Positions 209,965 to 219,560 of a stretch of 248,000 nt of DNA are shown one piece after another (position 1 is the stretch's first letter; each line of letters begins with the position of its first letter). The notes beneath the pieces were generated by a model. That model saw nothing but the letters and a program-made list of their open reading frames with translations, was not told where the DNA came from and ran no database searches. Location: NCBI RefSeq assembly GCF_000737315.1, contig NZ_JMCB01000008.1:20001-268000 (forward strand), given 5' to 3'. The DNA is from Hyalangium minutum. GTDB lineage: Bacteria; Myxococcota; Myxococcia; Myxococcales; Myxococcaceae. Both the position numbers and the translations under genes were made by a program.

Positions 209965-211407
209965 CTACTGGATCCTGGAAGCCTTTTGTCCATCCAGAGC
210001 TTCACGCAACACGCTGTCCCGGGCCGGTTGAATCGTGACGCCTCCCGGAGTGGGCGTCACGCCGAGGTCTTCTAGCAAACCTTCGAGCCCTGCAAAAGCA
210101 GGCCGATGGAGATCCTCCTCCAGCAGCGCGCGGAAGATCGGCTTGCCAGCCACCGCGTCCACCGCCGCGCCGTAGGCATCTACAGTGGAAGTGGATCCTT
210201 GCGTTGCCAGCAACTCCAACACGTCCTGTAGGCCGCGCGCGTTGTGCGTGGCCCGGCGAATCGCTACGTCGAGGCGCAGGGAGAAGAACGCGCCCACCCA
210301 GTAGATCCCCGGCGGCGCGCTGTCGTCGATCATCTCCTGCAAGGTCTGCCCCGCAGCCTGCGCCCGGCCGCGCCTGAAGCCGCGGATCATTTCTGCCCAA
210401 ACGGCCTCGGCGCTCATGCGCCCAGAGCGCGCCTGCACCAGCTCCGTGAAGTAGGTGGCGAGCCCTTCGGAGATCCACGCCGCGCGCGGGACAAAGGTCG
210501 GATGGGTCAGGTGCAGCAGCTCGTGGAGGGCCGTCCAGTCCCGGTGGAGCGCATCGAGCCGGGCGTCCTGGCCCACCAGGAGGGCAACGCTCGGCGGCGA
210601 GCTCCACATCACCATGCCGAAGACGTTGGCGTCCTCGCGGCCCGGCACCGGGTAGATGCTCACGGAGATGCGCGGGAAGGGAAAGCGGCTGCGGACATAG
210701 CGCACCTCCTCGGCCCGCTGCCGCAGCCAGTCGCAGAGCTGCGCATCCTCCACGTGCGTCATGGTCCCGAGGATGGCGATGTCCAGCACGGCCCCCTGCA
210801 GCTGGGCCTGGCAGCGCCGCCCGCCGAAGGCCTGGAAGCCCGAGTCCACCAGGTCCTCCGCGCTCACGTGGTATTGCCCATCCGGCCCGGGCTGCCACGG
210901 CAGGAGCGCGTCCGCCCCCTTCACCGAGAGCTCCACGCGGACGCCCGGCTCCGCCACCCGCGGGCGGATCAGCCACGAGCGCCCCGCAAGGAGCAGCGCG
211001 TCCTCTCCGGTCTTCAGTCCCCCGGAGAAGTTCCACCAGCGCCCGCGCCGCCGTGTCTCCAGGGCGTAGCGATAGCGCAGCACGCGCGTGTCCTCTGGAA
211101 CAGAGATGCCCCGGTCCTCCACCTGCAGCACGCGCGCCTCGCCCGTGCGGCTGTAGGCCTGCACGGTGCGCACCCCGCCCTCCTGCGTGAAGAGGAACTC
211201 GCGGGGCGCATCGCTGCCGCGCACCACCTCCACCTCGAGGGACGGCTCCGGCTCACGCACGTAGGTGATCGTGTAGCGCAGGGCCGGTGAGGGCTCCTGC
211301 GCGGGTGGAGGCGGACGTGGCGGGCGGACGGTCTCCGCCCGGCACGAGGCCAGCACCATGGCGAGGGCCAGCAAGCCCAGCCTCTGCGCGTGGGAGCTGG
211401 GCCGCAT
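209965..211407 (-). CDS. M61-like zinc metallopeptidase lipoprotein
   Basis: LASC, HELLH, W..EGLATY. Confidence 0.65.
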   Translation of the reverse strand: MRPSSHAQRLGLLALAMVLASCRAETVRPPRPPPPAQEPSPALRYTITYVREPEPSLEVEVVRGSDAPREFLFTQEGGVRTVQAYSRTGEARVLQVEDRGISVPEDTRVLRYRYALETRRRGRWWNFSGGLKTGEDALLLAGRSWLIRPRVAEPGVRVELSVKGADALLPWQPGPDGQYHVSAEDLVDSGFQAFGGRRCQAQLQGAVLDIAILGTMTHVEDAQLCDWLRQRAEEVRYVRSRFPFPRISVSIYPVPGREDANVFGMVMWSSPPSVALLVGQDARLDALHRDWTALHELLHLTHPTFVPRAAWISEGLATYFTELVQARSGRMSAEAVWAEMIRGFRRGRAQAAGQTLQEMIDDSAPPGIYWVGAFFSLRLDVAIRRATHNARGLQDVLELLATQGSTSTVDAYGAAVDAVAGKPIFRALLEEDLHRPAFAGLEGLLEDLGVTPTPGGVTIQPARDSVLREALDGQKASRIQ

Positions 211408-212624
211408 CAGAACAGGTGGAGCACCAACCCGCTGCGCAGCTTGGGCTCGAACCACGTGGACTTGGGCGGCATGATCTCGCCCGCGTCCGCGATGGCCATG
211501 AGCTGATCCAGGCTGGTCGGGAACATCGAGAAGGCCACCTTCCACGCCCCGCCATTCACCAGGCGCTCGAGTTCCTCCATGCCGCGGATGCCGCCCACGA
211601 AGTGGATGCGCGAGTCCTTGCGCGGATCCCCAATGCCCAGCAGCGGCTCCAGCACGTTGCGCTGGAGAATCGTCACGTCCAGCACGCCCGTGGGCGTCGT
211701 CTCGAACGTGCCCGGCTTCGCGGTGAGCTGGTACCACTGGCCGCCCAGGTACATGCCAAACTGGTGCCCCCGGTCCGGCTTCTTCTGCGTGCCCGGCTTC
211801 ACCTCGAAGCGCTCGCCCAGCTTCTGCAGCAGCTGCTCCGGCGACAGGCCGCGCAGGTCCTTCACCACGCGGTTGTAGTCGAGGATCTGCATCTGATCGT
211901 GCGGGAACACCACGGCGAGGAACCGATCGTGTCCCCCACCTTCCCCGCGCTGCTGGCGCAGGGCATGGACGCGCGAGGCGGCCGCGGAGCGGTGGTGCCC
212001 GTCCGCAATGTAGAGCGCCGGCACCGCGCGGAAGGCCTCCTGCAGCTTTTCATTCAGCTCGCCGCGCACCACCCAGAAGGTGTGCCCGATTCCGTCCTCG
212101 GTCGTAAAGTCGTACTCGGGGGCGCCGCGCGTGCCCTCCTCCACCAGCGCGGCAACGGCCGCCGTGGCCCGGTACGTGAGGAACACCGGTTCGTCATTGC
212201 CGCCCAGCTCGTCCACGTGCCGCGTGCGGTCGTCCTCCTTGTCCGCGCGCGTCAGCTCGTGCTTCTTGATGAGCTGGGCGTCGTACTCCCGCACGCTCGC
212301 GGCGGCCACCACCCCCGTCTGCACATGCGAGCCCATGCGCTGGCGGTACAGGTAGAAGCACGGCTCCGCCTCCTGCACGAGCCGCCCCGTCTTCTGGAAC
212401 TCCACGAGGTTCTCACAGCCCTTCGCGTACACCTCGTCCGCGTGCTCGTCCGTGCCGGGCGGCAAGTCGATCTCCGGGCGGGAGATGCGGAAGAAGCTGT
212501 CCGGGTTGCCCTTCGCGTAGGCGCGCGCCTCCTCGGCGTTCACCACGTCATACGGAGGTGCCACGAGCTTCTGTGCCAGTTCCTTCGGAGGGCGGAGGCC
212601 ACGGAAGGGACGGAGTTCAGCCAA
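211407..212624 (-). CDS. DUF1015 family protein
   Basis: PF, PPYDV, IKKHE.T, IADGHHR, KST.F.PK. Confidence 0.9.
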   Translation of the reverse strand: MAELRPFRGLRPPKELAQKLVAPPYDVVNAEEARAYAKGNPDSFFRISRPEIDLPPGTDEHADEVYAKGCENLVEFQKTGRLVQEAEPCFYLYRQRMGSHVQTGVVAAASVREYDAQLIKKHELTRADKEDDRTRHVDELGGNDEPVFLTYRATAAVAALVEEGTRGAPEYDFTTEDGIGHTFWVVRGELNEKLQEAFRAVPALYIADGHHRSAAASRVHALRQQRGEGGGHDRFLAVVFPHDQMQILDYNRVVKDLRGLSPEQLLQKLGERFEVKPGTQKKPDRGHQFGMYLGGQWYQLTAKPGTFETTPTGVLDVTILQRNVLEPLLGIGDPRKDSRIHFVGGIRGMEELERLVNGGAWKVAFSMFPTSLDQLMAIADAGEIMPPKSTWFEPKLRSGLVLHLF

Positions 212625-212964
212625 GGAGTCACTCCAGGTCAGGGTCTGGGGCCGAGGCTGGCCCAAAGCCCCCGGCGATGCGAGCGCCTTCTCCTTTTTC
212701 CATGGCGCACTGTGTCAGTAAAACGTTGACAACCGGGGCGCAGAGCGCGGGGGGAACCCTGCCTTCCTCATCGGTAAACCACTGGAAACACTCTTCATTT
212801 CCCGGAAGTGAACGTTCCGGGACTGCCCCGGGGGGTGCCGTCCGTTGCCCCTCCGACAAGGCCGCGCCCCCCGCAAAACGTTGATTGCAAATCGGTAAAT
212901 CGGTTTGCAGAGTGCCCCGGAGCATGGCGAGCGCGGGCCAGAGCGCGCACCCATGTAGGACAAA

Positions 212965-214563
212965 TTGATGAACGAGAATGCACTGAACGCGAACGTTGGC
213001 CTGAAGCTCAGAGGCCTGCGGCTCGCGCGCAATATCAAGCAGACGGACGCGGCGAAGGAGCTGGGGGTGTCCCCGGCGTACCTGAACCTCATCGAGAAGG
213101 GCAAGCGGGTGATGCCCTTCCCGCTGCTGTGGAAGGCGCTGCGCTACTTCGATCAGGATCCTGAGCAGTTCATGTCCTCGCTGGGCGAGGGCCGGGTGGA
213201 CGAGGCGCTGGCGAAGCTGCTGGACGAGCCGCTGCTGAAGAGCCTGGATATCGACTCGGAGTCGCTCCAGAGCCTGTCGGCGGAGCCGAAGCTGGCGGGC
213301 ACGGTGGCCGCCCTGTTCAACCTGTACAAGAACACGCGCACGCAGTTGGAGAACGTGCTGGCGCAGCTGTCCTCCGAGGAGCGGGCGCGCGCGCAGCGCA
213401 ACGACGGGCCGGGCCTGCGCTACGACTACTCGCCCTACGACGAGGTGAGCGACTTCCTGGAGCAGCACCGCAACTACTTCCCGGAGCTGGAAGAGCAGGC
213501 GGAGGCACTGCGGCGGGACTTCAAGCTGGAGCGGCTGTTGACCAGCTCCCAGCTCATCCGCCTGCTCGAGGAGCGGTTTGGCTTCCGGGTGAACTTCGAG
213601 CGCGCCCCCAGCGGCTCGTCCGTGGTGCGGCGGCTGGACTTGGAAGAGCAGACCCTGACGCTGTCTCCGGACCTGACGGAGCAGCCACTGAAGTTCCAGG
213701 TGGCCACCTCCATCGGGCTGCTGATGATGGACCGGGCGAAGCTGGTGGAGCGAATCGTGGGGGGCAACCGCACGCGGCACGCGGAGACGGTGCGCCTCAT
213801 CAAGGTGAACCTGTCCAACTACTTCGCCGGCGCGCTGATGCTGCCCTACGGGGACTTCTTCCGAGAAGTGGAGCGCTCGCGCTACGACGTGGAGCTGCTC
213901 TCGAGCATCTTCGGCACCACGTACGAGACGGTGGCCCACCGGCTGTGCAACCTGTCCGACCCCAAGCGGCCGGGGCTTCCCTTCCACTTCCTGCGGGCGG
214001 ACATCGCCGGCAACATCTCCAAGCGCTACAGCGGCACGGGGCTGAAGTTCGCCAGCGGCGGCGGCTCGTGCGGCAAGTGGGCGGTGCACCTGGCGTTCCT
214101 CAACCCGGGCCAGCTCACGCGGCAGTACTCGATGATGCCGGACGGGGCGGCGTACTTCTGCTTCGCCAAGGTGCAGCTGCAGCCCATCGAGGGCTCCATC
214201 GTGAAGGGCACGGCGTACTCCATCGGCCTGGGTACCCACGCGGAGAACGCGAAGTACCTGGCCTATGGGCTGCCCACCACGGATCTGCGCAAGGACGCGG
214301 TGGCCACGGGGATTACGTGCCGGTTCTGCGAGCGCACGGACTGCAACCAGCGCGCGGCGCCCAGCTACCGGTTCGCCTTCGCGTTCGACGAGTACACGAA
214401 GAAGGACTGCTTCTTCTCCCCGCTGCTGGTGCACGAGCAGGGCGACAACTGGACCTCCCAGGGCGAGCGCACGGAGAACGGGGAAAGGAATGGGGCCCAT
214501 AAGGACGGCCGTCAGGAACTGCTGGACAAGCAGGCGCGGCGCCGTAACAAAGGCGAGCCATGA
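212965..214563 (+). CDS. ScfR/RamB-like XRE regulator
   Basis: XRE HTH, NYFAGALMLPY, R.D.AGNISK, CR.C.R.DC.QR. Confidence 0.8.
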   Translation: MMNENALNANVGLKLRGLRLARNIKQTDAAKELGVSPAYLNLIEKGKRVMPFPLLWKALRYFDQDPEQFMSSLGEGRVDEALAKLLDEPLLKSLDIDSESLQSLSAEPKLAGTVAALFNLYKNTRTQLENVLAQLSSEERARAQRNDGPGLRYDYSPYDEVSDFLEQHRNYFPELEEQAEALRRDFKLERLLTSSQLIRLLEERFGFRVNFERAPSGSSVVRRLDLEEQTLTLSPDLTEQPLKFQVATSIGLLMMDRAKLVERIVGGNRTRHAETVRLIKVNLSNYFAGALMLPYGDFFREVERSRYDVELLSSIFGTTYETVAHRLCNLSDPKRPGLPFHFLRADIAGNISKRYSGTGLKFASGGGSCGKWAVHLAFLNPGQLTRQYSMMPDGAAYFCFAKVQLQPIEGSIVKGTAYSIGLGTHAENAKYLAYGLPTTDLRKDAVATGITCRFCERTDCNQRAAPSYRFAFAFDEYTKKDCFFSPLLVHEQGDNWTSQGERTENGERNGAHKDGRQELLDKQARRRNKGEP

Positions 214564-215429
214564 GTCTGACGGACACCGAACGCGCCCACATCCAAGAGAC
214601 CCTCCAGAAGCAACGGGATGCGCTGGCGACGCTGCGCTTCACCGGCAGCCCTGAGCAGGTGGGCCAGGGGTTGCTTCAGCTCGCCGAGCTGCACGGCCTG
214701 CTGGAGGACCACGCCGCGAGCCGCAAGCACTATGAGGAGGCGCTGAGCCTCTTCAAGACGGCGCGGCACAAGACGGGGCAGGCCCAGGCGCTGTACGGGC
214801 TGGGCGTGGCGCGGGCTCAGTTCGAGGACCACAAGGGCTCCATCGAGTGGATCGCCCAGGCCGCGGCCCTCTACAACGAGGTGAAGGACAAGGAGGGCGA
214901 GGCCCTCTGCCGCGCGTGCATTGGTGAGTCCCTGCGCGCGCTGGGCCACACGGACGGCGCCGAGGAGAAGTACCAAGAGGCGCTGATCCTCTTCCGGCAG
215001 ACGCGCAACACGGACCGGGTGGCGGCGCTGCTGATGGACATCGGCGACATCCGCATGGAGGCCGGGGACTACAAGCGCGCCCGGGAGCGCTTCCTGGAGG
215101 CGCTGACGATTCTGGAGAAGGGCGAGGAGCCGGAGCCGCTCGCGCTGTGCCAGCTGCTGCTGGGCGAGGCGGAGGGGCTGATGGGTAACCACGAGGCGGC
215201 GCGGCCCCACCTGCTGGAGGCCGTGGAGCTGTACGCGCAGCTGCATGACCACGTCTTCGAGGCCCGGGCCCGGTGGGACCTGGGGCTGGCCTGCTACCAC
215301 TCCAAGGACTTTCCTGCGGCGCGAGTCCAGCTCGAGGCGGTGCTGCCCCTCTACGAGGAGCAGGGCCGCACGGAGGAGGCCGCCAAGGTGCGCAACGTGC
215401 TGGCGCACTTCACCGCGAGCGGCGTGTAG
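214560..215429 (+). CDS. TPR protein
   Basis: Repeated A..L..LG TPRs. Confidence 0.75.
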   Translation: MSLTDTERAHIQETLQKQRDALATLRFTGSPEQVGQGLLQLAELHGLLEDHAASRKHYEEALSLFKTARHKTGQAQALYGLGVARAQFEDHKGSIEWIAQAAALYNEVKDKEGEALCRACIGESLRALGHTDGAEEKYQEALILFRQTRNTDRVAALLMDIGDIRMEAGDYKRARERFLEALTILEKGEEPEPLALCQLLLGEAEGLMGNHEAARPHLLEAVELYAQLHDHVFEARARWDLGLACYHSKDFPAARVQLEAVLPLYEEQGRTEEAAKVRNVLAHFTASGV

Positions 215430-215430
215430 C

Positions 215431-215853
215431 TCAGGCGCTGATGCCGGCGCCCACCGCGAGGGCGAGCAGTCCGAGCACGCCTGCGGCACAGAGCGTGTAA
215501 CGCCACTCGCCGCGCAACCCGAGCATGGTGCCGGCCATCACCAGCCGCGCCACCGGCGTCACCAGGAGCAGCGAGGCGGCGCCCTTGCGCAGGGTGTCGA
215601 TGGCCACTTGCACTGTCTCGGATTGGGGCAGCGCCTCCAGTGCCAGCGAGCCGAGGAACATCGTCCCGCTGATGATGGCCCCGCCTCGCAGGATGCGGGC
215701 AATCCAACGCTCCCCCGCCGCCGAACGCCCGATGCGCTCGCGGGCTCGTGCGGGCGCTGCTGCTGGAACTTCCGTCTCTGCCACCACCGCGTTCGCCTTG
215801 GCCACCGCCCCAACGGGCGGAGGCGTCGGTGCCGCGGCCTCGCTCACTTCCAT
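215431..215853 (-). CDS. DUF1634-like membrane protein
   Basis: LLLVTPVARL; follows TSUP. Confidence 0.65.
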   Translation of the reverse strand: MEVSEAAAPTPPPVGAVAKANAVVAETEVPAAAPARARERIGRSAAGERWIARILRGGAIISGTMFLGSLALEALPQSETVQVAIDTLRKGAASLLLVTPVARLVMAGTMLGLRGEWRYTLCAAGVLGLLALAVGAGISA

Positions 215854-216626
215854 ATGCTCGGCCACAGTCCCTCTCCTCCCTTCCAGAACATCTGCCCCGC
215901 CACCACCAGCAAGACGACTGCGAACAGCTTCTTGAGCACCGCCGTGGGCACGCGCGGCATGAGCCGGCTGCCCACGTACGCCCCGGCGAGCACGCCCACC
216001 ACCAGCGGAGCGACGAGCGGCAGCTTCATGTGCCCGCGCCAAGCGTAGGACGCCACGCTGGCGGCGCCCGTCACGCCGATCATCAGGTTACTGGTGGCAC
216101 TGGCCACCTTGAAGGGCACCCGCATCCCGTAGCTCATCAGTGGCACTTTGAGCGGGCCGCCGCCCACGCCCAGCAGCGCGGACAGCCCTCCGGCCACGAA
216201 CGAGCCGGAGATGCCCAGCGGGTAGTTGGTCGGCGTGTAGACGGTAGTGGCCGCGGGCTCTTCGTTCCGCGTGCGCACCAGGAGGATCTGCAGCGCGACA
216301 TAGAGGGTGAAGAGGCCGAACACCACCGCCACCATGGCCGGAGCGAGGTAGGCGGCGACCAACCCACCGGTGATGGCACCCACCACGGTGGCGAGCTCCA
216401 GCGTGAGCCCCAGTCGGATGTCACTCAGGCGATTGTCCACATAGCTGGCGGCGGCCGCACACGAGCTGGCCACCACACACATCAGGCTCGCGGGTACGGC
216501 TTCTTCGAGCGGGAGGTGGAAACCGAACACGAGCAGAGGCACGAGCACCACCCCACCGCCGATGCCAAGCATGGCGCCTGTCAGGCCGCCGAAAGCGCCC
216601 GCTGCGATGAGGAGGAAGAGTGTCAT
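215844..216626 (-). CDS. TauE/SafE (TSUP) transporter
   Basis: G.GGG, LG.GGG, ATSN. Confidence 0.88.
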   Translation of the reverse strand: MTLFLLIAAGAFGGLTGAMLGIGGGVVLVPLLVFGFHLPLEEAVPASLMCVVASSCAAAASYVDNRLSDIRLGLTLELATVVGAITGGLVAAYLAPAMVAVVFGLFTLYVALQILLVRTRNEEPAATTVYTPTNYPLGISGSFVAGGLSALLGVGGGPLKVPLMSYGMRVPFKVASATSNLMIGVTGAASVASYAWRGHMKLPLVAPLVVGVLAGAYVGSRLMPRVPTAVLKKLFAVVLLVVAGQMFWKGGEGLWPSIWK

Positions 216627-216776
216627 CGCGTGAGAGGATAGGAGTGGGCTCCCGGATCGGATAGACGCATTCCCGTGCAGCTCCGGAGCTCGCCTGGTCG
216701 GCTGCTGTGCTCGGACTCACGCTACGGCTTGAGGGCTGGGCGAACGTTAAGCACCGTGCCTCGCAAGCGCTGAGGC

Positions 216777-217697
216777 TCACTCCAGGAAGCGGCGCTCCCA
216801 CCGGTACAGCACTTCGTCCGGGAACTTCCACTCCGGAACGCGAGGCGACTGATAGAGCCAGGGTTCCAAGACCTGGGCCAGCTCGCGGTACGCAGGCAGG
216901 GTGTTCCCCTGCTCCAGATCTCCCGCTTCAGGCCACTCTCCGAGTGTCACGACGGCACGGCCTGCTCCCATGTTCTCCACGGTCGTCCCTCCGGAGTGCA
217001 GGCGTGCAGCCAAGCCCTCTGCCCCCCCCAGTTGTCCCAGGACGGGCTCTCCGAGAAACGTCAACCAGGACACGCCTTTGATGCGTGCACCGAGCCGGCC
217101 GGGCAGCCGCTCCATGGCCGGCATGTCCAAACCGGGGTGACGGAAGCACTGCGGCCAGAGCAACTTGCGGACCTCGTACAGGTCCTCGGAAAAATACACG
217201 GAGAGGCCTGCGTGACCGGAGTTGAAGGGCAGTTCCGCGCCCAACTCCAGAGCCAGTTTGCGGACCTGAGCCGGTCCATGCTTCTCCAGGTACTCAGTGG
217301 GCAGCCAGAACGCCACGGCGCAGGTGCGCTCCAGGTCCTGGAACTCGAAAGCTTCTTTCAAATCCCGCCCTGAGTAGCGAAACTCATAATCCGATGAGAG
217401 TCGATCCGTCTCGCGCAGCCGGATCTCGGCGCCCCGGGGATGCCCCATCTTCTGGCGTAGCATTTCCCACTGGGATTGATCGAGTTCCTGCCAATCGCCC
217501 TCTCCATCCGGCGTCCAAGCAAGTGTGCCGAGACCGATTGCCTCGCGATAACGTTCTAGGCCTCTCATCACCCCAGGAATGACTTCCTGGTGAGAGCGCT
217601 GCATATAAAAGCAGATGCTCAGGCTCGTCCGGGTGCACGGAAATCGCTCCTCCCCATCCTCCCCGTCATAGCGAATTTGTGGATAACGCTCGCTCAT
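216777..217697 (-). CDS. TsiV/DUF3396-like immunity protein
   Basis: SGHAG, HPGLD, V.WLTFLG, P.Y..LA..LEP. Confidence 0.7.
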   Translation of the reverse strand: MSERYPQIRYDGEDGEERFPCTRTSLSICFYMQRSHQEVIPGVMRGLERYREAIGLGTLAWTPDGEGDWQELDQSQWEMLRQKMGHPRGAEIRLRETDRLSSDYEFRYSGRDLKEAFEFQDLERTCAVAFWLPTEYLEKHGPAQVRKLALELGAELPFNSGHAGLSVYFSEDLYEVRKLLWPQCFRHPGLDMPAMERLPGRLGARIKGVSWLTFLGEPVLGQLGGAEGLAARLHSGGTTVENMGAGRAVVTLGEWPEAGDLEQGNTLPAYRELAQVLEPWLYQSPRVPEWKFPDEVLYRWERRFLE

Positions 217698-218528
217698 CGG
217701 GTCACTCCGAATGCGGGACGTACAGACATGACCTCGGCTTTGAAGGCCTCTTCGTACACAGTCTGCTGGTTCAGCGGATGGAATGGATGATTCGGATGGT
217801 ATTCATGCCATGAGGCCTCTTTGTCCTTCGGGCAGGGAAATTTGAAGTCAAACACCGCCTGGATGTTGAGCAGGTCGCCTGCGGCATGGACCACGACATC
217901 CGGGATCAGGGTCCCCAACAATTTGTGGAACAATCCCTCACGGAGCCACGCATCCACCTGATTGGGATTGAGCGGCTCCACAGTCCGCGTCTTCCGATCG
218001 TACCGGTAAGGTTGCTGCATGGTGACGTATTCCCAAAGTTCCTCGGGTAACTCCCTCTGGACACACTCCATCGCGGCTCGGTGCTTCTCCTGTCCCAAGT
218101 GCATGGCCCAGGTCACCTTGCGCCCGCCGTTTTCTGTCTTGAAGGTCTCCCGACAAAGTTGGCGAGAGGGGCGTTGTCCCTGTCCGAGCAGACGATCGTC
218201 GACGTCTCGGCTGGCCTGATTGGCTCAGTCGCTCAGCACCTGCACCACCCTCGCGAGGTCCGCAGCCTCCAGTAGCTTCATCAGCGCCGATGCGGCGCGC
218301 GCGGCCTCTATCGAACGGGCCACCCATGGCAGTATGGGTGTTTCGCCGCTGGGAGGCGCATAGCAGGCCGGCGTACGCATGCAGGCGCTGCTCGCTGAAT
218401 CCATCGACTGCGCGTACTGCCTGGGCGTGAACGAACCACCGCCCCTCGGCGCGGCGCACGAGCCGAGGACCCCACTGGCTCCCACCAGCAGAAAGAATCG
218501 CAATACGTCTGACAGGAAGGACATGACC
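217694..218528 (-). pseudogene. VRR-NUC-like lipoprotein toxin interrupted by in-frame TGA
   Basis: LGSC lipobox; TGA at 218225-218227; downstream PD...DFKFPC in same frame. Confidence 0.7.
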
Positions 218529-218542
218529 ACCCTCAATGGGCG

Positions 218543-219436
218543 TCAGGCGGCGTAGGCGCCGATCGTGCCCTCGGGGAACTCTTCCAGAAAACGTGCGCGC
218601 GTACGCGGCGTGAAGGTCCCCCGGGCCATGTAGAGCAGCAGGTGCCGCAGCACCCCGCGTGTCTGCTCCAGTGCGGCTTCCACCTCGGCCGCGAAATCGA
218701 AGCTGTCGTGGCGGTACAGCTCGTGGAAGCTCAGCTGCGAGTACGCCGGCAACGAGCGCATCCGTCCCACCGGGCTCGAGAGCACCATCCCCATCATGTA
218801 GAGCCCCCTCACCCACCCGTCCACCTGCGCCTTCGTCGGCGCATGCCCCACCCGCTCCTGCGAGGCCAGCCGCACCAGCTCGTAGATGCCCCGGCCAATC
218901 CCCCTGTACGGAAAGCCCCGGCTCTTCGTCACCTGGAAGCGCGTCCGCAGCCCCGCGTTGCCCAGCATCTCCATGCCGTGCAGCTCGCGCAGGTAGAAGA
219001 GCGTCTGCGCCCATTCGATCTTCCGGTGCGCGTCCAGCTCCGTGTCCTCTTTGCGGCGGTGGCGCGCCACCAGCAGATCCACCCCCGGGTGCAGCCGCCG
219101 ATCCAAGCACAGGTGCGTGAAGTACCCCGCCAGCAACGCCAGCCCCGGCTCGGTGCCCACCAGCGCCCCGGTGGCCACCAGCTCCCCCATCTTCAGCCCC
219201 AGCCCCACTGGCGCCCGCTCGTGGTACAGGCGAGCAAACGCGGGCACCTCCCGCTCGGGCAGCAGGGCCGTCAGCCCTCCGCGCAGCCCCTCACACAGCG
219301 GGAGATCCGGCAGCGCGGCCCCAAAGCGCGCGTACGGCAAGTCCTCGGCCAGTGCGCGTGCAATGTCCTCGGGAAGGCTCCCTGGGTGGGCGGCGAGCTG
219401 CTCGATGGCGGTCAGGTGAAGGAGCAGCGAGGGCAT
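218543..219436 (-). CDS. Zinc-dependent phospholipase C-like protein
   Basis: N-terminal H, GA..PD, GY.TH...D...H, H..IE. Confidence 0.6.
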   Translation of the reverse strand: MPSLLLHLTAIEQLAAHPGSLPEDIARALAEDLPYARFGAALPDLPLCEGLRGGLTALLPEREVPAFARLYHERAPVGLGLKMGELVATGALVGTEPGLALLAGYFTHLCLDRRLHPGVDLLVARHRRKEDTELDAHRKIEWAQTLFYLRELHGMEMLGNAGLRTRFQVTKSRGFPYRGIGRGIYELVRLASQERVGHAPTKAQVDGWVRGLYMMGMVLSSPVGRMRSLPAYSQLSFHELYRHDSFDFAAEVEAALEQTRGVLRHLLLYMARGTFTPRTRARFLEEFPEGTIGAYAA

Positions 219437-219560
219437 GCATCACCAGAGCTACCCAGCGCGCCGTGTCAATGCAACGCCCATGTGAAGCCGAAGCTTTGCG
219501 CGTAACAGGCACGGCGATACAGTCCGCGCCGCTTTCCACCCCCAGGAGTACATCCCCACC

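Noticed and set aside
218225-218227. Selenocysteine readthrough of the in-frame TGA
   Set aside because: No SECIS-like hairpin recognised and the family is not a selenoprotein; a nonsense mutation is simpler
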